DNA of 64,000 nt, taken from the NCBI GenBank assembly GCA_023213395.1, contig CM041465.1:127045741-127109740 (forward strand), read 5' to 3'. Position 1 is the first letter of the stretch; each line of letters begins with the position of its first letter. The DNA comes from Cycas panzhihuaensis. Taxonomy: Eukaryota > Plantae > Cycadophyta. Position numbers and translations under genes: made by a program. The notes beneath the pieces were generated by a model. The model was not told the DNA's origin. It searched no databases and worked only from the letters and a program-made list of their open reading frames with translations. Shown here piece by piece: positions 1-14,094 of the stretch.

Positions 1-1189
1 CTTTTGGTTGAAGCTTATTATATTCATAGATCTATGTAAAATCTTTCATAAAATATTTATGTTTTTTGTCCTTTTGACCTTTGTATCTTAATAGGGGGTA
101 TATAAAAAACATACTTATGCAATACAAATTTGCGTAGATGCTTGTATAGGTCTTATATAGCCATTTGCTATAGTGTCATTCTTCACAATCAATTTCTCTA
201 CTCTAACGTTGGCCTTCCCAATAGATTTTATAGTTTTCATAGGTCTTCAATCATTTAGGACTATGTTGTTTGTCAAAGTTGTAAAGAAACCCACCATCAT
301 TTAGTTTGTATAATAAATTAAGAACCATATCTATCTATTTTTATTAGATAAACCTCTAATCTGATTATGTATGATTAGAGGTCTAATTATTTCTCTTTAT
401 GATTTATGGGCCCCATATTTAAGTTGTTATCAACTTTATACAAATAAGCACTTGGTCATCATCCTAAGAAAATCCGTTGTAGGTCATATTGTAAAGAAAA
501 GTAACTAGGGGTCTCTTTCTAAAGAGGCTAATTTATTTTTCAAAGAGATTGGTTTAAAACAAGTACATGTTTTTGTTTCAATAGTGATATCGATCACTAA
601 CGAGACATATTTTTAGTTCTTCTAGCTCTAAATTATTCCACACTTCCACCTTAATGAAATAAGTGGTCATACAACTATGTTTGGTCTTTATTTGACACAT
701 TTTTTAAGGACTAAAAGTTGATGAAAAGTTTATTTATGGTTTATATACTAAAAGGCTCTTTATCCATTTTAACCTCCTTATACTTTTTAATGCATAACTT
801 GGTCATTTGAAGTCATAATTAAGTGTCATTTGAGGTGTTGAGTTCATATTTAAATCCTCCATTGGGTGGATAATATTTAAAAAAAAATTGAAGCCATTTA
901 ATGTAATATTTTTATGATCAAAATTAATGCTAATTTTAGGCTTCCTACGAGATGACTCTTGAATAAATCTAGCAAAGTTTCATCTTATAACCTTTATTAA
1001 TATAAAAATCTTACTTTGGAGGAGGTTAACTCCCAATTGAGACACTTGTGCTTATCTAAAAGTTAAGGTGAGACAAGTCTTGCTTGTGTTTTGAGTGCCT
1101 TTATTACCTTGTTTAAGTGCTCTTTAATATTTCTTTTTAAGCACTTTACTTCTTTTAATTAGTTTACTTTAAAGGTAAATTTTCTTATT

Positions 1190-4100
1190 ATGGCTTCAAT
1201 TATTACAAATGTAATAATTTCAAAGTTTGATAGTACTAACTTTTTAAATTAGAGTAGAACAATGAAACACATTTTTATGTCAAAGGATTCATAAGACTTG
1301 ATTAAAACATATTATGAAGAACTTGAAACCAATACCACTAAAGACTAAAAGAAGACATACAAGGAGAACAAAAAGTAAGACAACAAAGCTTTACACTTTA
1401 GAGGATTACATTTTTTTAAGAGTGAGTGAAGCATCTATATCAAAGGAAATGTAGAACATATTGAAGATCACTTATGAAGAAGCAGTTGTATTCAAAACTC
1501 TAAATATTAACGAGTAAGTTTGAGAACTCTAGGATGAATAATAATGAAGGAGTTAATGAGTTCATCACAAAAATATAAGGCATAATTAATCAAATAAGGG
1601 CCTTAGGAGAAGTCATAAGTGAACAAAGAGTAGTAAAAAAGATCTTAAGATGTGTAAGTAACATTTAAAGATTTCAAATAGTTACCACTAGTATTAAGGT
1701 CTATAAGGACCTTACTACCCTTAAGATAGATTAATTGAGTGCAATGTTGTTAATTGTTGAGGAGAAAGAGCAGGGAATTAAATTTCTAAAGCATGTATTT
1801 ATTACTAAGGCAAAGATAAGGCCTCTATTTAACAGCAAAATTCTAGAAGAAGAGAATAATATTCTAGAGAAAGAGGTTAATGACCTAAAAATCAAAATCA
1901 ATTTTAAAGACAAGGTTAAAGTTATCATCAAGTACAAGGTCCCTTTTATCAAGAACAAAATCAATTTTAAAGATAAAGATATTTTTAAGGCCAAGGATAA
2001 AATTTTATACCTCAAGGAAGAGGTAAAGTGTAAATTCTAAGAGGTAAAAACTAAGGACAAAGAGGAAGAAGTCCTAGGGGTAGAGAAATACTTTAATATC
2101 ACTATTACCATAGAGGTTGGCATTTAGAAGAAAATTGTTTTACAAAAGGATCTAATTTACAAAGGGGGACTACTAATACATCTGTTAAAGAAAGATAAAA
2201 TAAAAGATCATTTCTTTCAAGTTTGATAGTAAATGAGAAAGAAGATAGTTGGTACATAGACTCGAGATGTTCTACTCACATTACACATAAAGAAGAGTGG
2301 TTTAAAGAATTGGACAATACCAAAAGGACTAAGATTATGTTTGGTGATAATAGTGCTTAAGCTATAATTAACAAAGGAAATGTTTGCACATAAATAGATT
2401 TTGGAAGAATAAGGTGTATTAATAATATACTTCATATCCTAATACTTAAGAAAAATTTACTATTAGTGGGATAAATGATGGAGTGAAAATAAAAGGTAAT
2501 CTTTGATAATAGGGAGTGTATTATAAAAAATAAGTTAAGGAATAAAGTAATAGTAGTTAAGGGACAAATGAATAGTGATAGATTATTTAAACTAGTTATT
2601 TCCCTAACTAATTATTATGTTTTAAAGGTTTCCACCAATGTAGATAGTAAAATATGGCATAAAAGACTTGGCCATATGAGCTATAATAGTTTTCCTTTAA
2701 TGAAGAAGATGGAAATAGTGATAGGACTACCTAATGTTGAACATAGTAAATAAGTATATGAAGGGTGTATACTTGGTAAACAAGAAAGAAAAGAATTCCC
2801 TAATAAAAGCTATATGGCCAATGGGCCTCTTCAATTAGTGTATATAGATTTATATGGTATAACAGATGTGGCTTTACTTAGAGGAGTTAAGTATTTCATG
2901 ATATTCATTAATGATTTCATAAGGATAACTTAGATTTACTTTCTCAAATTCAAGTTAAATATACTTAAATACTTTATTAACTTCAAAAGCATGGTTGAAA
3001 AATAAAGTAGACTTAAAATTTTGATCCTAAGATTAGATAATAGGAGAGAATTTATTTTCAAATGAGTTTAAAGATTATTGCTAATATTTTAGAATAAGGA
3101 AATAGCTCACAAATCCTTATACCCCTTAGTAAAATGGGGTTATAGAAAGAGAGAATAGGATAATTACTAAAATGGTAAGAAGTATGCTTAAGGACACATA
3201 TATAGGAAATGAATATTAGGTAGAAGCTATATACATAATTGTTTATTTGTTAAACAAGTATACCACCAAAGTAGTTAGATGGGTTATAGTTAAAAAATCT
3301 TGGATGGGTTATAAGCCAAGCATTAAAGACTTAAGAGTTTTTAGGTGTATAACTTATACATATATCCTAGAATAAAGGAGGACAAAATTAAATGATAAAA
3401 GTACTAAATATATATTTATAGGATATGGTGACTTATCTAAATCCTATAAACTTTATAATCTAAAAGGGAAAAGGATTATTATAAGTAGGGATGTCATCTT
3501 CAAGGAAGATAAATTTTATTAACAAGAAATTATTGAAAAATATGAGGATAAAAATATTATGGTTAAAGTAGACTCTAACTCAAGTGGTATAAATGTGCCT
3601 AATACAAATGAAATAGGACCTTATACTTCAAGTTAAAGGATCCTAAAATAGGTACAAAGGGCCTACAATCCTCAAAACATATTAGATACTAACTTTAAAA
3701 GAAAAATAATAAGATCTCAAAGGGTGAATTTTGCACAAATAACTTAAGTTATAGAGTTTAATGAACCTCATAACTTTGGAGAGGCAAAAAATAAAGATAA
3801 ATAAAAGGATATAATAAAGGAGAATCATAATGTCTTAGTGAAAATTAACACATGGGAGTTAGTAAATTTTCCACCTAGCAAGAATGTTATTGGGATAAAA
3901 TAGATTTATAAGACCAAATATAAATTATATGGGTCTGTTGATAAATATAAGGTAAGATTAGTTATAAAGGGCTATGCTCAAATTGAGGGTATAGATTATA
4001 ATGAGACATTTAGACCTATTATAAGCTTAGAAAGAGTTAGGTTAATCATGGCCTTAGTTGTATAACAAGTTTGGATAGTATATCAAATGGATGTGAAAAG

Positions 4101-5290
4101 TGCCTTCTTGAATGGCTATATAGATAAAGAAATCTATGTCCAACAATCTTAAGGATTTGAAGTGAAAGAAAAAGAAAATAAGGTCTATAAACTCAAAATG
4201 GCCTTTTATGGACTCAAGCAAACTCTTAGAGCATGGTACTTTAGGATTGATAAATATTTTAGGCATAAAAGATTCTAAAGAAGCTAATCAAATCCCGATT
4301 TATATACAAAATTAGAAGAAAGCTTAATGCTAATTGTAGGCTTATATATAAATGACCTAGTATATATTAGGAATTATGATTACTTGTCATAAAAGTTTAA
4401 GAAAGATATATGCACATAATTTAAGAGGACAGACTTAGGACTTATGCATTACTTCTTAGGAATTGAAGTATGGCAAGATGAAAAAGGGATATTTGTCTCC
4501 TAAAGGAAATATATATTAGATATGTTACACAAGTTTAACATGAGTAGTTGTAAGCCACTTGCAATACTATTAGAGGTTATGTGAAATTATCTAAGTTTTA
4601 GGAATAAGAATTAGTTGATGCTACACTTTATAAACAATTGATTGGGAGACTAATTTACTTGACTTTAACTTGACCAGATGTCATATATGTAGTTAGTGTG
4701 GTTTTCAGATTTATACATGAGCTTAAGATAAAATATTGGTAAGTAACCAAAAGGAATTTTAGGTATCTTAGAGGTACTATTAGATATGGATTACATTATA
4801 GTTTATAAGGAGACTATAAGTTGATTGCATATACAGACCCAAACTAGGTAGGTTATATAGATGACAAAAAATTTACTTTAGGTTATACATTCAGTTTGGG
4901 TTTAACTGTAGTAATATGGATTTCAAAGAAGTAGGAGATAATATCTCTTTCTACTACAGAAGTAGAGTACAAAGCAACTATAATGAGAGTATGTAAAATA
5001 ATATGGATTAGAAAATTGATTCAAGATTTACAAGAAGAATATATTAGTCCTAGTTAGTTGTTCTGTGATAATCAAAGCATAATTTAGATAATATAAAGAA
5101 TCTACTATTTCATGGCAATAGAAAATATATTTAAAACATACTAATACTTCATTAGAGAATTGGTATAATAAGGTGAGTTAGAATTGGTTTATATATGAAA
5201 GATGTAGGTGGAAGATGTCTTCCTAAAGGTACTTGGTAAAACAAAGTTAATCAAATTGAGAGATAAACTTTAAGTCTCCTCAAATGAGCA
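1190..5290 (+). pseudogene. gag-pol: Degenerate Ty1/Copia gag-pol (Copia-A)
   Basis: ATG at 1190 opens MASIITNVIISKFDSTNFLN*SRTMK (Copia gag). Protease WYIDS at ~2250, GAG-pre-integrase IWHKRLGHM at ~2655, integrase ~2830-3500, RT QMDVKSAFLNG at ~4085, RNase H LFCDNQS at ~5060. PR-INT-RT-RH order, many stops. Confidence 0.93.
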
Positions 5291-5304
5291 TTATAAGGGA
5301 GAAA

Positions 5305-5610
5305 TATTAGAATAATGCCTATATTGAGGCTAATATCAACCTTGGGGAGATTACACACATTGGGGTAATAACCCAAATCAATGGAGATATCGTAATGGTA
5401 CTATATCAAATCTTGGTGGCTCTATATCAAACACTTATCAACTATAGTTAGTGGTATACTTAAAGAGGTATGTCAAATCTCTCTCATTCCCATCTATTTA
5501 TTTAGGGGGTTTGATGATCATGTTGTTCATTAACACCATCAATCACAAATAATATTAGTAGTACTCTCTCTTGTATTTCAGTTTGCTCCCTTTATCCCTT
5601 GATTCCATCA
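5305..5610 (+). repeat. Probable 3' LTR of Copia-A
   Basis: Follows the polypurine tract ataagggagaaa (~5293-5304). Starts tattagaat (decayed tgttggaat) and ends attccatca. No matching 5' LTR found in the window, so the right end is inferred from the terminal inverted motif only. Confidence 0.55.
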
Positions 5611-5976
5611 AACATGATGGAATGACCTAGTTGCGAAACATTGATACCTCTCAAACTACAGTAAAGATGACCTTGTTATGAAACTAAGGAAATAAAAAAA
5701 CATGAACCAAATCCCTGAAGGTTGAACTCTAGGAGCTAAAAATATCTTTAGACCAAAGTATCTCTGAGTGTTAAGGGAAAGTAGTAGGATGGACAATAAA
5801 CCTTAGGAGAACAATTAAGAGGTATTAAGAACCACTCTAAAAGATTAAACAAGTGAAGATGGAATGTCTATAAGTCTATTATAAAAGTTATAAGATCACA
5901 AGAGGAATAAGTAGGTCAAGATCAAAAATCCATTAGTAAAACGCTAAAAAATAAGGTATCTCATAAAGTAGAAGAA

Positions 5977-6317
5977 TGTTATATAACTACTAATAGTTGG
6001 TAGAATCTAGTGAAGGTACTTTTGCTAGTAAAAGATGGATACTAATGTTAACTATTAAAAGGTGTGCATGGGTTGCTTGGGCCCATTAATGAAAAAAACG
6101 TCTGAATGCCTCTCCACTTAAATTCATGGACTAAACAACCATTTTTCTTATTTAAGGCCTTATGGATATAAAGGAAGTTAGCCTTAAATGAGAAATTGTT
6201 GTTGCCCATTTGGTGCAAACTTTTGGTTTGCATTTTTATATCCATCTGTGATCTATTTATGTTTTGCATTTATGTTTTCTAATTAGATGTGAAGAAATCC
6301 CCAAAGGAATCATATCA
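5977..6317 (+). repeat. 5' LTR of chromovirus
   Basis: tgttatataac...ggaatcatatca; co-linear with 12204-12544. Confidence 0.93.
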
Positions 6318-6319
6318 GG

Positions 6320-6331
6320 TGGTATCAGAGC
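6320..6331 (+). promoter_or_regulatory. Primer binding site (tRNA-iMet)
   Basis: TGGTATCAGAGC, 2 nt after the LTR end. Confidence 0.95.
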
Positions 6332-7642
6332 TATGTTCATGATCGTGGGAAGCTATTTAAGAGATCAGGAAAAAAATTTATTTTTTTTTCTCTATCTAAG
6401 TAGAGATCGAGGAAAGACCTTTTCTTAGCACTCTCTCCATAAAAATTAAGGAACAGTACCAACATGACTTAGGGGTTATGAGGAAAGGGGAATTTCTTCC
6501 CTTAGGTAATGCCAATACTCTATGTTCTTTCTAATTTATATTTCTTTTTGTAGTTTCATTCTTTTATTTTAATTTCTGCATTAGATTATTAGTCCAAGGG
6601 TAGATAACACTACTGGAAGCTACCATTTTCCCTTCTACCTCTCTTCCCAAGTAGATAACATCGCTGGTTGACTACCTAAGTAGTTAGGTATAGACCTTAT
6701 ACTGAGGGTCTTTACATATCACATGGATCTGTCATTTTGGCTAAGTGCATTGTGGCTTTTCTGCTTCTTGCATAAAGGACTAGAGATAACACTCTTGAAC
6801 TAAGCCCTAAATAAAACCTAGCTATGGAAGTATGCCTTCATATACCTTCAAGTATATAAGAGGACCCCTTTAGATCCTAAATCCTCCCTAGTATAGGCAA
6901 ACTATCAACCCCTAAAGTCTAGTAGTGTAGTGGTTAATAATTGGCACCACGAAGCTATCTGCTCTAAATTTCTACTCAAGAAGTTTATTGGCAGGCCTAT
7001 AAGACCAAGTACATCTTATTTAGTGGTTGGTAGGATACCTTGTATCACTTACATCCTGTCTCACTTTCTACTTGAGATCAAACAACACAATATTTAAACT
7101 AAGGAAAAAAAAAAAGAAAAAGAAAAGAAGAGAGAGAGAAAGAAAGAAAACAGAAAGGAAAAAAAGGCTAAAAAAAAGGACTCCACTTATTCACACTTTT
7201 TAGTACTCCTCCATAGTAAAATAATTACCATTAAAATTCATATATCTCAGTTTGATTAGCATGTCTTGCTAGTCATTTTATACTAGGGTAGTTTTTTTAA
7301 TTAATTTTCATGCTTATCAGTACCCAGGCCACCCATGGGCCCTGTTGACAAAAAACTTTACTTAAAACTTACCTACCCCATCTTGATGGACTTTTCATGC
7401 TCGTTTTAGTGTACTAGGTGAGTCCATTGTACTTTGGGGTCAACTAACTATATACATCCCAACCTCTACCTGCCTCTCATCCCCTTACTTAACCCCTATC
7501 TTCTTTGAATCCCCTTCTTCTTATCTATCCCCACTTCGTTATTTTGTTCTTTCCTCCTCTTCCTACTTTACACAATCCTATTCTCCTATCTAGTCCCATT
7601 TTCATTAATCCTCTTCTCTCATATAAGATAGTACTCATAATC

Positions 7643-10600
7643 AATGATGGTAACCAAATAGGCTAATAAACTTTAATAACTTGAAAGCAGTTTCATGGCT
7701 ATTAAGGATGAGTTTTATAACATGTAAGAATAACTCAGTAATAAAAATGACTAGAATGTAAAAGAATTCACAGACCTCAAAAGTGAATTCTTAAACATTA
7801 AGATTGATATTATAAAACCCTTATAACTACTCTAATAGCCTGTTAACTAAGGAAGTACCTCAAATTCAATAGGGCCAATCAATCAACAGTAGATGCCACC
7901 ACCTCCTTTATTTTAGAATTATCCATGATAGCTACTCTTCCCTCATAAAATTAACATCCTCATTTTTAATCCATAGTTAAATAATGATAATGTAAGGAGT
8001 TGGATTAGTAAGTTGGAGTCATATTTTCAACTCCACCCTATGTTGATTGATGATCACTTTATCTTTGCATCTATCCATCTCAATGGGCAAGCTTATTATT
8101 AGTTTCAATGGTGGCAAAGGGAATACCCTGCAAATAAATCTTGGGATCAGTTCTGTAAAAGCTTCTCTGAGCAATATAAGGACACGTGGAACTAAAACTT
8201 TTTCAACAAACTCACTCAACTAAAATAGTCCTTGACAATCAAAGCCTTCACCAATGAGTTCCAACCTCTTTAGAATAGGATCGATATATAACTCAATCAA
8301 CCCACACTAGTTGAAATCTATATGGCCGGTCTTAAAGATCGTATCTAAATGTGCTTGAAAACATCCCTACCAAATACTTTAAGATGAGCTATAACCATGG
8401 AAAAAGTAGTTGAAGTAGAATTTATAGTTGAGCATGCGTTTACTTCTCGATAGGATACACCTTAGTATCCACACCCTACCCATCAGACACACAACGACCA
8501 CAACCTAGACAGGAGGATCATTAGGATGATCACCCTATAATAGAATGCCTTATAATGGAACAACCATTGGTTAAACAAACTATAGGGTCTAAGTAAGTGA
8601 CTACTTCTAAATCCAACAAATATCAAGAAGCAAGCCTTTGCATCCAATGGGTAGAGAAATAGACTTTCAAACATGGTAAGGTCTGTAAAGCCAAGTGTAT
8701 GGTCTTCATCATTGATCCTGTAGCCTTAATTGATGAAGATCAAGATATAGATATTAAGCATAAAGAAGACCCTACTATTGATTCTCCCATAGACCCTAAA
8801 CCTAAACCTAAAGTTTCTCTTTCTATTATTTCTTCGATTGTCCAGTTTACATCCTACCATAGACCCTTATATGTCAAAGGTATACTAAAGAAGATCCCTA
8901 TAACCATCCTGATCAATGGTGGTGTGTCACTTAACTTCATCGATATCTCCTTAGCTAGACAATTTAACCTATATATAGTACCTAAAACTGGGTTCATCTG
9001 CTCTTTACTAGTGCATTACAAACTCTATTGTGTAGGCTTTATTAAAAATCTCCATGTCTAAATTGGCACATATTAACTAGATTTTGATTTTTATACCCCT
9101 TTTATAGGTGGGTCTGATACCATCCTAAGAGTTCAATGGCTCTAACCCTAAGCATGTACATCACTAATAATTCACCATCCAACCCATTCATTCTATTTAA
9201 AGACCACTTTGGACAAATCCATAAATTACATGGACTCCAACCACCACCCAATAAACTCTTAAACCTAAAATAAATGAGCTGATAATTGAATAGTTACATT
9301 TCTTACATAGTTTGCCTCAATAATATTCAACCTTAAGTTAACATTCACCCTGATATCCAACCCATTATCACAAAGTATTAATCTGTCTTTAACCTGCTTC
9401 CTAGTAGCGCGCCCCCCCCCCCCCCCCACCCTAAAAAACTAAGGTTTCTCCCATACAATCAAGCTTAAAAACCCTTGTAACCCTATTAGCCTATGATTGT
9501 ATCATAACTCCTACTTTTAGAAAAATAAAATTGAATGAATCATAATAAAACTTATGGACTGGGAAATAATTCAACCTAGTAAAAGTCCTTACACAACCCT
9601 CATAGTGCTTATTTGAAAAAAGGATAACTCATTTTGTCTTTGTATCGATTATTAAGAGCTTACTAAACTCATGATTAAAAATAAATTCCCCACTCCTCAC
9701 ATTAATAATATGTTGGATGAAATCCATAGGGCCACCATTTTTTTAAAATTGGATCTCTAATCAGGTTACTATTAGATCCCCATTGCCCCTGAAGACCATT
9801 ATAAGATTGTTTTTTGAATACATTATGGGCATTTTGAATTCCAAGTTATACCCTTTGTATTATACAATGCCCTAGCCACATTTCAAGGATTAATGAACAA
9901 GATCTTTAGTCGCCACCTTCACAAGTTTATCATTAATTTTTTTTAATGATATCCTTGTCTATAGTTCTTGTATGCATACCCATCTACAACATCTGGAAAT
10001 TGCCCTTCAACTTCTTTACAAATATAAACTCTATGTTAAACTGATTAAGTGTGAATTTGAGAAGACTAAACTCCAATATTTGGACCATATCATCTCAATA
10101 GAAGGTATTCGAATAGTTCCTGATAAAATTTTAGTCATCATCACATGGCCTACCACCAAGACTCTCACTCAACTATAAGCTTTTCTTGGACTCATTGGTT
10201 TTTATCGATGATCCATTAAAAATTATACATCTATTACTGCACCTCTAACTAATTTACTTCATAAGGACTCCTTTTACTAATCCCCTAATGTTGATGATGC
10301 CTTCAACCATGTCAAATTAGTCATGTCCACCACCCTTATATTGACCACCCTAGACTTTTCCAAACTATTCCAACTTGAATGCGATGTATTTGTCGTAGGC
10401 TTAAGAGTTGTCCTCATGTAGGATTTTCATCAAATTTCCTTTGAAAGTTAAAAAGTAAAAGACCATAAATATCAACTTTTAACTTACTGAAAAGAAATGA
10501 AGGCTATCCTCCATGCAATTAATAAGTGGTGTTAGTATTTAATAGGACTCGAATTCACTATTTTAACCAACCACCATAGTCTTTGTCCTCTCCTTGACCA

Positions 10601-12190
10601 ACCTGTCCTTTCCAAAGAGTAAGCAAAGTGGGTTGATTACCTCCAAGTATTTGAATTCATTATATCTTATAAAAAGGGCAAAGAAAATATTATAGCTAAT
10701 TCTCTCTCTCATCTCCTGTTAGACCCCTTTTAGCCCATCTTATAAGCCATCTCTTCCCTTCAACCTATATGGCTCTAAGAATTAACCAATGATAACCAAT
10801 CCTACCTAATTTTAGTATGTGGTCCTCAAAGATTCTTATTTAGAAAGATTGAACCTTGTACAACACCCATCTTCTCTACAAAAATGGAATCTTTATCCAT
10901 TTATCCTCCCCTTTCATTCCTCATATCTTAATCGAGTACCACACCACCACCTTTAGAGGTCACTCAAGTTTTGATAAGACCTATTGTCACATCTTCTCAG
11001 ACTTTTATTGGCCTCAAATGAAATCTTCTATAATGACCTTCATAATAGAATGTGACATATGCTAACGTACCAAGGCAGAAATGAAGGCTCAACCTAGGCT
11101 CCTCTAACCCCTTCAAATCTCATAGGGAAAGTGGCAAGATATTGCAATGGACTTCATCACAAGTCTTCCATCGTCAATCAAAAATGACTCTATTTGGGTA
11201 ATCATTGATCTACTAATAAAATATGCCCACTTTCTATTAGTCCACACATCCTACCAAGCCCGCTGCCTAGTTGACCTCTATATCCAATTTATTTTTTGTC
11301 TCTATAATTTTCTATCCACCATAGTCTCTGACCGAGATCCCAAATTCACATCTTCATTTTGGCTAGAACTTTTTCGTGTAGTTGGCATCTCTTTCAACAT
11401 GAGTTCCTTGTACCACCCTTAGATAGATGGTAAATCAAAGGTCCTTAATTGAACCTTAGAGATATATCTTCATTGTTTTGCATTTGAACATAAAAAATAA
11501 TAGACCTCTTAGCCAGCTTTAGTAGAATATTGGTATAACTCTTCCCACCACTTTTAATCGGCATGTCCCCATTCATAGCCCTTTATAGTTGTCCCCCACC
11601 ATTCCACCATACATTAGCCACTAACTTATATAAAACCTTAGTGCAATAAAAATTGAAAGACATGGAGTAAATTCTAAATATACTTAAGTAAAATATGGCT
11701 ATAGCTTAGAATCACATAAAGTAACTTGTTGACTGCCACCACTCTAATTGAACCTTTTCTATTAGTGATATGGTCTTTGTTCACCTCCAACCTTAAAAGT
11801 AGCAGTCACTTCATCATAGCACAAATTATAAACTTAGCCCTTGATATTATGGTCCTTATAAGGTTATCCAATGCATTGGAGAAGTTGCATATGCCCTTGC
11901 ACTCCCTTCTAACACCAAGATCCATAATGTCTTTTATGTTTCATGCCTTAAAAAACTCCTTGGTAAGTCCATTGTCCCACAAACCACTCTCCAAATTCTC
12001 ACTAAAGAACAACTCCTAATTGTTCCTCTAGATTGTATCTTGGAAATTAAACACTATTGTCTTTGAAATATAACCATTTTTTAGTACTTGGTGCAATGGA
12101 CTGGTAGCAGACTAGAGGAAGCAACATAGGAACCCAATAAATTCATCAAGTAATATCCACATCTCTTACACTATAGGGATTCAGCATCTT
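7643..12190 (+). pseudogene. gag-pol: Chromovirus gag-pol pseudogene
   Basis: ORF-track remnants: 8699-9061 (protease region, ILINGG = decayed LIDSG), 9972-10178 (RT), 10856-11065 (integrase Zn finger H..GH..C..C), 11147-11422 (MDFITSLP, IVSDRDPKFTS integrase core). Confidence 0.92.
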
Positions 12191-12203
12191 AAGGGAGAGG
12201 ATC

Positions 12204-12544
12204 TATTATATAACCGTTAATGGTTGGTAGAACCCTAGTGAAGGTACTTTTGCTAGTAAAACACAGATGCTAATGTTAACAATTAAAAGGCATGCATAGG
12301 CCACTTGGGGCCACCAATAAAAGTAAAGGCTAAATGCCTCTCCAATTAGATTCATGGACTAAATGACTATTTTTCTTATTTAAGGCCTTATAGATGTAAA
12401 CGAGATAAGCTTTGAATGAGAAATTGTTATCGCCTATTTTGTGCAAACTTTTGGTTTCTATTTTTGTGTTCATTTATGCTCTATTTGTGTTTTGTATTTT
12501 AATTTCTTAATAAGCGTAAAGGAGTCCCTAAAGGAATCATATCA
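12204..12544 (+). repeat. 3' LTR of chromovirus
   Basis: tattatataac...ggaatcatatca, follows the PPT and precedes TSD AAGAA. Confidence 0.93.
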
Positions 12545-13384
12545 AAGAAGTTGACCATTGAGACTTATATCTAGCTATTATATTGGTAATTAAAGTTGGC
12601 GATCCCCTTCCCTCCTAAGTTGTACTTAAGAGGGAAGAGTAAGAAATATTAGCAAGATAAAGTAGTTTAATTAAAGAAAATAAGGTATGTATATATATAC
12701 TCAATAAATAATGCTTATGCCTTGTAGTGGGATAGTAGTCGTATATAATTATTGGTACCGATTTACATATAAGAAAGCACTAAACTTATTCAAGGAGATG
12801 AAATAGTAAAAGAGGAGTCTTGCATCTATGTTGAAGTGATGTTTTCAAAGATAAAAAGTGAGAAACTAACCATAGTTTAAGCCCTTTAGATGGTGTACCC
12901 TTTAAAGTTATAGTTTAAACCTCATTAAGAAGGGATACTATGTGTTTTATTTATTTCTTTAAAAGGATAGAGAAAAACTTGAGAGAAAGAGGCATAATGA
13001 AGATGCAACCTTGGTGTTTTTATGTTTGAGAAAGAGCAACTATGAAATATTGTGTAAACACCATCTCTAATAGGCTAAAGTTAGTTTGTTTGTTTAGTAA
13101 CTAGGGCTACTTAGAAGAAGTAATAAATATTAATCCATTAGAAATAGAAACTAAGCAATATCTTACTTTCTATCAAGAGAAGTAGGATAAAGCTCAATGG
13201 GACACACCTAAAAGGGATCATAGGAATACTTATCAATATTGGGAGATGCCCAACTAACTAATATTCATATAACACCTCTCACAAAAAGACTATCCATTTA
13301 CAAACTAAATCTAGAAACCTATTTGACAAGTGAAGAATCCTCAAGATATGCCAGATTCTCCCTTAGTTGGTTCCAAGTAGTGAT

Positions 13385-13971
<587 letters not shown>

Positions 13972-14094
13972 TTGAAGTGTCATTATGTTTCTAATAAGTG
14001 TCTTGTCTACCTAAAAGGATTGCTAATTTAGTATTTGAAGTCTTAGTATCTCCTTACCTAATATCTCCTAGTAATTAAGATTATTTTATCTAAT

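Larger units (their letters stand above)
5977..12544 (+). mobile_element. Full-length decayed Ty3/Gypsy chromovirus (Reina-like: short LTRs, C-terminal chromodomain)
   Basis: 341-bp LTR pair 5977-6317 and 12204-12544; TSD AAGAA (5972-5976, 12545-12549); Met PBS 6320-6331; PPT aagggagaggatc 12191-12203; PR-RT-RH-INT order; chromodomain YLVQWTG..LEEAT*E at ~12085-12135. Confidence 0.95.

Noticed and set aside
88-600. PPT-like aatagggggta at ~91 and PBS-like gtgatatcgatc at ~584 suggesting an LTR
   Set aside because: The intervening sequence does not match the Copia-A 3' LTR and both motifs are too degenerate.
1731-2040. Overlapping 94-aa and 101-aa ORFs
   Set aside because: Off-frame and antisense readings of the low-complexity Copia gag linker.
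9412-9430. Poly-C run in chromovirus pol
   Set aside because: Homopolymer slippage or sequencing artefact in a dead ORF.
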